DNA of 6,570 nucleotides. Origin: Selaginella moellendorffii. Taxonomy: Eukaryota; Plantae; Lycopodiophyta. The notes below the pieces were generated by a model. It had not been told where the DNA came from. It saw nothing but the letters and a program-made list of their open reading frames with translations, and searched no databases. Positions 1-6,570 of this stretch are shown here, piece after piece (position 1 is the stretch's first letter; the number at the start of each line of letters is the position of its first letter). The translations under genes and the position numbers were made by a program. The stretch covers positions 1 through 6,570 of the forward strand of contig NW_003314683.1 of assembly GCF_000143415.4 (NCBI RefSeq), read 5' to 3'.

Positions 1-105
1 TAGCTACACGCAAACATGGCTTGTCTAGAGGGAATCTAGCAACCACGAGGAAAATCTCAGAGAATGTAGAGACAAGGAGTGGAATGAGATTTGGGCGGAT
101 CAAAC

Positions 106-238
106 CTGCGGCCTTTGGAAGCGTTCTCCAAGACCCTTCGCCGTGCTCGTTGACATACTGCGTGAGGAGCGTGTCTTCTTCACGTGTCCATGGACCTCTG
201 TTGAGACCGATTTTCTCGCAGCAAGGAGATCGACCCAT
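106..238 (-). CDS. R2R3-MYB transcription factor, exon 1 (copy 1); any remainder of the gene lies left of the window
   Basis: Manual translation from ATG 238 gives [45 protein letters not shown], a typical R2 repeat start. The exon is exactly 133 nt and ends GCAG|GTTTGA (donor 105-104), the canonical phase-1 intron position of plant R2R3-MYBs. An alternative in-frame ATG lies at 244. The HGEGxWRxLPKAAG motif resembles phenylpropanoid/flavonoid-regulator MYBs. Confidence 0.93.
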
Positions 239-351
239 CTGCATGGCACCACCAACAAGAAAAAGAAGAAGAGAAACTAGAAAATGCCTGTGGAAGCTTT
301 GGGAAGAACACAGGATGAAGTTCGACTGGGACGAGAAGAATACGCTGGGTG

Positions 352-358
352 TTATATA
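352..358 (-). promoter_or_regulatory. TATA box of MYB copy 1
   Basis: TATATAA on the minus strand ~115 nt upstream of the ATG, followed by a CT-rich leader; identical in copy 2. Confidence 0.6.
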
Positions 359-1724
359 CGAGATGTTTGTTTTAAATCAATGTTTTCCGCTCTGCTGGTC
401 TCTTGAAAATGTTCCTAGCTATGAGATAGATGCTTCAGACACACAAGGGACCAGGACCAAGAAAAAATATTCATGAGAAAAGAACAAAGCTTGAATCTTT
501 TGACCCCTCAACGAAAGGAAGCTAAAGACTCGTATAGAGATCTAAAAAACCTGTGCCCTGCTTGTCCCGCCATGCAAACATCACTCCCTTTCTCGCTCGT
601 TAAATCGCGGTAGGATCTCTCAAGAACATGACCACTATACTGTTGATGACTATCGCTACAGTAGGATGGACTTTGTGGCATAGCTTGGGCTGGTGCTCTC
701 CACAGAAGCAGCACGAACTACACAGGAGGAAGAAAGAAAAGGTAGAGAAGAAAGTGAAGAAGAATCAATGAAGAAGACGAAGAAAGGAGCTAATTGCTGC
801 TGTCCGTGAAGATGAGTGGAGAGAGCAACTTCAAAGAGCTAAAACTTTCACACGACAAACGGTCAGACGGGAAACTGGAGCGATCTGGCACTAGTGCTGC
901 CATTCCAGATCGATCAATGTTGTTTGACAACAATGATCTGACACACACAAGACTGTTTTCTTCATCTCGGTAGCGCCCTTTCTACTGTTGCACAACAAAC
1001 TATCGCACAGCCGTGGAAGGGAATAATAGTATATAGAAACCTGTTGTATCTCGTACTCTTGCTCCCCCTCTATAAATTCTCCATAAACTTAAAGCTTCTT
1101 CTTCCAGGCCTAGAGAAAAGTCGGCTTCAAACACGCGGCATGGCCATCTTTTAGTGTGTACTGCACAGAACTCTCCCTTTCAACCAGGTTTTATAGTTTG
1201 CCACTTACTAGGCTTAGGTGGTGGAAAAGAAAAAACTGGAGTATTCCTTCTAACGCAGTGATGTTTCTATCTTATACTTAAGAACCTTGCGCTGGCTTGA
1301 GGAGTAGTACTACGAAGTGGCGTAACGAAAGCAAAGCTTGGACAGGGCAGACTGCCACTGAACACTGCTGCCACTGCCATCCCCAAATGTGATTCGCGAA
1401 AGAGGGTGCCACAGTTCTAAAGAGACTGTCGCTATAGGAGAGCTTACGAGGATGTTGAGATATTGCCGTAAGTTCCTTCACGCACTTCACAGTGATAGTA
1501 AATGCCTCGTGACGGCATCTTAAACTCGTACCGTGGCATCTGCATTGCCAGTTCAAAGATTAAATAGCCCACAACCAAGAACAAAGCGAAGAAAATAAGA
1601 AAAACTCTAAGAACGTTGCTGTCCCTTAAGTTTCTCTGGCCATAAATTCGCTGCTACGATAGCTTATATCCTTTCTACGCTTTAAGTTTCACTGCCGTAG
1701 CGGATAGATGTCGTTTGGACACTG

Positions 1725-1783
1725 TTGACCAGAATTGACCATCGTTGACCCATGGACCGTTGAATGGTTTGTCCTTGTTGACT
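1725..1783 (+). promoter_or_regulatory. W-box cluster (TTGACC x3 + TTGACT), putative WRKY sites
   Basis: TTGACC at 1725, 1735 and 1745 and TTGACT at 1778, just upstream of the cupin CDS. Confidence 0.55.
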
Positions 1784-1836
1784 ATGCTGGGTTCGATTCC
1801 TGCGCTGGGCGATATTGCCAGGGCTAGGGTTCTTCG

Positions 1837-2482
1837 ATGCGAGCAGTGCCGATCACGGAGGAGAATTTCCGGCCTTTTGGCCAGCTCCTGGGAAAGATTG
1901 GCGACGGATGCGAGTATGGATCGGGAGACGCGCAGCTCAATCTCGCGAATGGGATTCCCAGGTAGTACAGGCAAAATGTGGCCGAAATTTCCAGCGGCTC
2001 AGTAGTGATTGAGTGAGTGATGGTTCCTTTGCGCAGATTCTATCTCATGGAGCTCAGGAAAACGGGGCTGCGATTCAAAAGGATAACGCATCACGCCAGG
2101 GTCACGCAGTGTCTGGGATCAGTGGGAGCTCATCCTTGGTACATGGCGGTCTCTCTTCCCAGCATTGTGGATCCTTCATCGCAACACGAGGGCGCTGTTC
2201 GATCCAACGCTGGTGGCCACTACTATTTACCTCCCTCTCATGCAAGCGTCCAGGTTTTCAAGATAGATGGTCCTCGCTTCATCAAGCTAAACGAAGGAAC
2301 TTGGCACGCTGGTCCTCTCTTTGGTGATCGAGATTCGATGGTCTTCTACAACTTGGAGCTCAGTGACACCAACGTAAGATCATTTGATCGAGCTTGTATG
2401 ACCTTTTTTATGTTCTTTTTATTTGCAGGTTGTGGATCACACTACCCACGTGTTTGAGGACGACGTACTGATCGAAGATTGA
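1837..2482 (+). CDS. Ureidoglycolate lyase-like (AllA-type cupin) plant protein, ~171 aa; exons 1837-1961, 2037-2373, 2429-2482
   Basis: Spliced translation: MRAVPITEENFRPFGQLLGKIGDGCEYGSGDAQLNLANGIPR/FYLMEL...ITHHARVTQCLGSVG...GTWHAGPLF...FYNLELSDTN/VVDHTTHVFEDDVLIED*. The motifs ITHHAxVTQCLGS, GTWHAGP and YNLELSxTNVVDHT match, from memory, the plant family annotated as 'ureidoglycolate hydrolases'. GT-AG introns 1962-2036 (75 nt) and 2374-2428 (55 nt) keep the frame. The start codon is uncertain. Confidence 0.9.
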
Positions 2483-2546
2483 GGTACAGAGCCTTGGCAT
2501 TTCATGTGATATTCGAGCGTGATTTTTGTGCTAGGTGATGGCGAGC

Positions 2547-3004
2547 TTAAACACTTTTTTGCGTGTCTAGAAAAGCAAATGGTGGAAATGAAACAAGTTC
2601 TTTGCGAGCTAAGAATTTCATGTCCCTTGCCATCAAGTTGTCGAGGAGTTCCTTTTGTGCCTCGGGACACTGACTAGTAGTTGAAGGATGTACGAAATGA
2701 GGCTGATGATCCTGGTCGGAAGAAAATTTACGAACGGGATGACTCCCACAGACCATGGCGTCAACTCCCTGGTATAAATCTTTCTTAATTGAACTGTAAC
2801 ACTGTTAGAATTCTGTGCAGGGTGCTGATTATGGTCGAAAGCCGCCTGCTTTCTGTCGAACACGAGCGAGCGGATGTTGAGAGTATTCATGTAATTTGCC
2901 TCCTGCCAGTCCAGCTCGCTACTTCCGCCAAGAACTCGGGTTCCCTCAGTCAACAGCAAGATGGAAATGTTCCAGAAGTCTTTCTTCTTGATGTCGGTCA
3001 CAAA
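2547..3004 (-). pseudogene. Internally deleted, frameshifted relic paralog of the adjacent ARM-repeat gene
   Basis: FVTDIKKKDFWNISILLLTEGTRVLGGSSELDWQEANY...FLPTRIISLISYILQL matches FVSNIPAKDFWTISALLLTEGTRVFSRSSELEWQQANY...FLPTRIISLFMYFLQL (~5455-5093). It is then joined directly to ELLDNLMAR...AFLD, which matches the C-terminal ELLNSLMAK...AFLE (~3625-3570). There is no ATG start and there are local frameshifts. Confidence 0.88.
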
Positions 3005-3170
3005 TTCGAGCGGTGGATGATATCCTTTGAAAGGTTTTGCTGCTCCTGAAACTTCTTCTTCGTGGTTCTGATTCTAATAATGTAACTTTCGTGACAGCGG
3101 AAAAGTACGAACTCTATGCTTGGAAAGTTTCAAAACAGCGTGGAGTGGTGACCACAATTTCAGAAAGGAG

Positions 3171-3368
3171 ATCTTCTATGAAGTGAAGGAAGCTTTATTT
3201 TTCATGTTGATTAATGTTTTCTTTCCTATTTAGAGTTCTGTTAGTGAATTACAATTGCGTGAGCGAAGTTGCTGCGAGTTCAAATCTCCTATGAAGTAAG
3301 CTTCTTCTTCTTTGGATGTTGATTGATTTTTTTCTTTCTTTTTTAGAGTTTACGTGAGCAAGTTGCTG
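3171..3368. repeat. Degenerate tandem duplication (~85-105 bp units: 3171-3274 and 3284-3368)
   Basis: Shared ordered blocks: atct(t/c)ctatgaagt, atgttgatt, ttttctttc, tttagagtt, cgtgagc(g)aagttgctg. Confidence 0.75.
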
Positions 3369-3437
3369 AAACTGAATTTATATTTTATTCTTGACAGCAT
3401 GACACATTCGAGGCTCTTTCTTTTGGAAAAGGTGAAG

Positions 3438-5847
3438 CTACAGCCTGTGTAAGTTCAATAGGGCGCTGTTGACGAGCTCCTCGAGGCTGCTGGAATGCTT
3501 GGTAAGTCCCACAAAATCCGAAAACGTTAAGAAGTTTTCTTCGTCTGAGGCAGTCGTTGACATTGCTTCCAGGAACGCCTCCATTTCACCGTGTTCTCCT
3601 TTGCCATCAAGCTGTTCAGAAGCTCTACGCTATATCGCCGGATACAATTCAAGCTCCTAGAAGGTGCTGTCTGGGATAGAAGCTCTGTGATTTTTTCGCA
3701 AAGCCGTGATTGTTGCGATAGCACGCCTTGTTCAAAGTTACGTGTGTCGAGCCAGGGGATTATGGCTGCTGCCAAACCGATGGCTGCCTGCTGTTCCTTG
3801 TCCGTGGATTCCAGCACCATCTGGATGATGCGAGATATGGCTGCTCCAAGCTCCAACTTTTCTTCGTCGTTAAGGTCACCGCACAAGCTTCGCAAAATTG
3901 TGGCTGCATGGACTCCAACTGGCTTGGTGAGCATGTTGATCAAGTTCTTGAGGGTCTTGCTAACGCCACCTTTTCTGTAGCTTTTGTGCATGAGGAACCT
4001 CGAGCAATTGTTTGGACACTGGAGAACGAGCACAATTATGGCTTCCCCGGCTTTCATGGCAATGGTCAAGTGGTCGCTGTTCGGTGCGGTTTCTCTCGCA
4101 AATATGGCCATCAAGCTTTGGATAACTCCTCCAGTCGCGCCAATGCAATCTCTAAGCTCGTCCTCGGTTGCTAGCAGCTTGATCACGTCGACTGCCAGGT
4201 CTTGTAGCTCCAAATCTTCGAGATTGCATATCCTTTGAAGACTTCTTACTGCTGACACTACCGACACTATCTTCTTTCGCAGTGACCGTCCAGAATCTCC
4301 TCGCACGTCAGCCAATGTCTTCAAAAGCTCGAGTGATTGACGGAATACTTCTTTCGACGTTCGTACTTCGTCTTGGATAAATTCAACCAGGATGGAGATA
4401 AGTCCGCTGGTGTGACCGATTCGCACGCATGTCCTGTAATCCACGGCTAGCCTGTTGAGGACTTCTAGCACTTCCTCCTGTCTTTCGGGTAAAAGAGCAG
4501 TGAGGGCCTCCAGGGATCCAGGGATAGCGGAAATCCTGAAGCAGTTATGGCTGTGACGAACCAGGTGCTTGATTACTATGGTTGCAGCTTTCCTGATTTC
4601 GGCCTCACTAGGATCCTTCCAGGTGATCATCTCTAAGAGTCTCTCCACAACTCCGGGCGTGGTACCAATCCTCCGTTGCGTTTCTTCCATTGAATCTCCT
4701 TTTGAGACAAGAGCTGACAGTATGTTGACGCTACCGAGCTGCTCTTCCCTTATGCTTGACTGCAGCTTCTCGACGGTGAAATCGATAAGGTCCATTCCCA
4801 GGCCATCAAACACGCTTCCGTTCAGCGATCGTGAGTACAATGTGTACCAGTACTGCTTCATGGTTTCAATGTCGTCTTGATCAAGCTCACATGTTCGAGT
4901 GACTACTTCCAGCAACCTCTGGTAACGAAGCTTGAATTCCCAATATGTTCTCTCCAGGAGGAATAGCGACGTTTCTGCCAGCATCATCGCGTAAAACACA
5001 GTAAGTGCTTGCTCAGTGTTGTTTCCTTGGGCATTGAAGCCGTGCTCGGCAAGTCGATATACTGAGAAACATGCGGTGACTGTTGCAGAAGCAAGCTGGA
5101 GGAAGTACATGAAAAGGCTGATGATCCTGGTGGGGAGGAACTTTACATACGCGCTTCCCACGCACCAAATTCTTCTGGCAGCGAATCCCTGGTGTAAATC
5201 TTTCTTTACTGGTTTTTTGGAAAGTCGATCTCTACTCACGTTCTGTTCAGAGTGGTCATGGTCCAAGACTCCAGAGAACTTCTCCCATAATCTGGCGCTC
5301 TTGTCGAACAGGAACGATCTGAAGCCGAGAATTCCCAAGCTGTAATTTGCCTGCTGCCATTCCAACTCGCTACTTCGACTGAAAACCCGCGTTCCTTCAG
5401 TCAGCAGCAAGGCCGAGATCGTCCAAAAGTCTTTGGCCGGAATGTTGCTCACGAATCCACCGAGGAGAACAACAGTTGCCCAGACGAAGGCCAGTTTCCC
5501 GAGGCCAGTGGCGAACTTTTCAAGAACTGCGAGCCTGAAAGCTATCAGATTTAGCTGCTCTGGTGATCGGGAATTATTCCTTTCCACTGGAGCTGAAGAC
5601 TTTAAAAAAGTGGAAAGCTGCTGCAGCTCTGGAGCTGAAGGCTTGGGAGTGGAAGGCTGCTGCTCGACGTCCGGATGTGGGACGACAACGCACTGGTATT
5701 GAGGGTTCAAGTGCTTGAAGGTGGAGAAGCGAGAGCAGAGCCGGAAGAAGGAACTTGAATGGTTACCTCGTCCGCAAAGTGAACGGTACTCTTGGGGGCA
5801 CCGGCAGACTGTGCCCCTTGAAACTTTCTGCTGTTCCACGAATCCAT
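3438..5847 (-). CDS. Membrane-anchored ARM-repeat superfamily protein (BLE2-like plant family). Exon 1 is 5847-5767 and exon 2 starts at 5692. Stop at 3527 as written (748 aa); homologous stop at 3438 after a frameshift at ~3585-3600
   Basis: Family motifs LEKxATGLGxLAFVWATVVLLGGF and DFWxIxxLLLxEGTRVFSRSxELEWQ, several hydrophobic TM segments, then helical ARM-like repeats (RIGTTPGVVERLLEM, IGATGGVI, KAGEAIIVLVL, IRRYSVEL). The ORF track's TTG start has no Met for ~250 aa. ATG 5847 (MDSWNSRKFQGAQSAGAPKSTVHFADE) joins in phase 0 through a 74-nt intron GTAACC...ATACCAG (5766-5693). Confidence 0.88.
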
Positions 5848-5864
5848 GTTTAGTGTTCAAGGAG

Positions 5865-5888
5865 TTCTGGGCATTCTGGGCATTCTGG
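5865..5888. repeat. Short 9-bp tandem repeat (TTCTGGGCA x ~2.7) in the ARM gene leader
   Basis: ttctgggca ttctgggca ttctgg read directly from the sequence. Confidence 0.7.
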
Positions 5889-6099
5889 TGACCGTGGTAT
5901 TGACGACTTCAAAGCCGCTTGAATGTCTTTCTCATGTTGCTGGCATAAGCAAGTAAGCTACTACTTTCGTTCTATGATGGCACGAGCCTTCTGACCACTT
6001 TAAGCGACTCATCACGAGCGAATCAATAAAAAACGAGTTCTTTGTTTGTCAATGCTGCAAGTTACGACAAAGACACTGCAAACATCAAGCTTGAGCGGA

Positions 6100-6107
6100 A
6101 TATATAA
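6100..6107 (-). promoter_or_regulatory. Candidate TATA box of the ARM gene
   Basis: CCCTTATATATTCC on the minus strand ~255 nt upstream of ATG 5847, immediately outside the repeat boundary at 6128. Confidence 0.35.
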
Positions 6108-6234
6108 GGGAATAGGGACGTTGTAACTAGCTACGACGCAAACATGGCTTGTCTAGAGGGAATCTAGCAACCACGACAAAAAATCTTAGAGAATGTAGAG
6201 ACAAGGAGTGGAATGAGATTTGGGCGGATCAAAC

Positions 6235-6367
6235 CTGCGGCCTTTGGAAGCGTTCTCCAAGACCCTTCGCCGTGCTCGTTGACATACTGCATGAGGAGCG
6301 CGTCTTCTTCACGAGTCCATGGACCCCTGTTGAGACCGATTTTCTCGCAGCAAGGAGATCGACCCAT
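6235..6367 (-). pseudogene. Orphan R2R3-MYB exon 1 (copy 2), truncated gene fragment
   Basis: [45 protein letters not shown], 133 nt, donor GT at 6234-6233. I found no RCGKSCRLRW-coding exon 2 downstream in the window; the ARM gene follows instead. Confidence 0.8.
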
Positions 6368-6481
6368 CTGCATGGCACCACCAACAAGGATAAAGAAGAA
6401 CAGAAACTAGAAAATGCCTGTGGAAGCTTTGGGAAGAACACAGGATGAAGTTCGACTGGGACGAGAAGAATACGCTGGGTG

Positions 6482-6488
6482 TTATATA
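6482..6488 (-). promoter_or_regulatory. TATA box of MYB copy 2
   Basis: TATATAA, identical context to 352-358. Confidence 0.55.
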
Positions 6489-6570
6489 CGAGATGTTTGT
6501 TTTAAATCAATGTTTTCCGCTCTGCTGGTCTCTTGCAAATGTTTCTAGTGAGAAAAGAACAAAGTTGATC

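Larger units (their letters stand above)
1..497. repeat. Direct repeat copy 1 (MYB promoter + exon 1 + part of intron 1)
   Basis: Aligns by eye to 6128-6570 with 4 substitutions in the 133-nt exon and a few small indels. A 55-bp segment (419-473) is absent from copy 2. Confidence 0.95.
6128..6570. repeat. Direct repeat copy 2
   Basis: Begins tagctac at 6128 (matching position 1) and runs to the window end. Confidence 0.95.

Noticed and set aside
21-476. 151-aa + strand ORF (and 6149-6448, 6213-6410)
   Set aside because: Antisense shadow of the MYB exon; the frame is not preserved between the two repeat copies.
1278-1556. 92-aa minus strand ORF (also 508-714, 1675-1974)
   Set aside because: Non-ATG starts and no recognisable protein family.
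1721-1750. CRISPR-like repeat-spacer pattern
   Set aside because: Only 6-bp repeats with 4-bp spacers in a plant genome, with no cas genes.
2017-2457. 146-aa single-exon ORF as the complete cupin
   Set aside because: Its first residues and the RSFDRACMTFFMFFLF tail are intron read-through; the spliced model restores the conserved motifs.
5587-5640. CTGGAGCTGAAG repeated twice within ARM exon 2
   Set aside because: Short duplication (SAPE/SAPV) in a low-complexity N-terminal linker; unremarkable.
3469-5702. Multiple + strand ORFs (3469, 3591, 3728, 3984, 4569, 5016, 5433)
   Set aside because: Antisense shadows of the ARM coding sequence with no recognisable motifs.
5848-5860. TTG start of the 777-aa ORF
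   Set aside because: Eukaryotic locus; ATG 5847 plus a phase-compatible 74-nt intron explains the N-terminus better.
1-6570. LTR retrotransposon or composite transposon
   Set aside because: The repeats are MYB gene 5' ends. No TG..CA termini, PBS, gag/RT/integrase or transposase motifs were seen, and the internal genes retain introns.

Overview
Eukaryotic (land-plant) genomic DNA, gene-dense, with short GT-AG introns (55-75 nt). That style suggests a compact-genome plant such as a lycophyte, but this is an inference only. The window is bracketed by a ~450-500 bp direct repeat (1-497 / 6128-6570, offset ~6.13 kb). Each copy carries a TATA box, a 5' leader, the canonical 133-nt exon 1 and the start of intron 1 of an R2R3-MYB gene on the minus strand; the right copy has no exon 2 downstream. 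Between the repeats lie four things: (i) an unexplained ~1.2 kb stretch with hairpins, a TATA box and splice-like signals; (ii) a 3-exon ureidoglycolate-lyase-like cupin gene (+) preceded by three W-boxes spaced exactly 10 bp apart; (iii) an internally deleted relic of an ARM-repeat gene (-); and (iv) a near-complete membrane-anchored ARM-repeat gene (BLE2-like family, -) whose conserved C-terminus lies in a different reading frame. Overall this looks like a duplication and decay hotspot, not a prokaryotic system.
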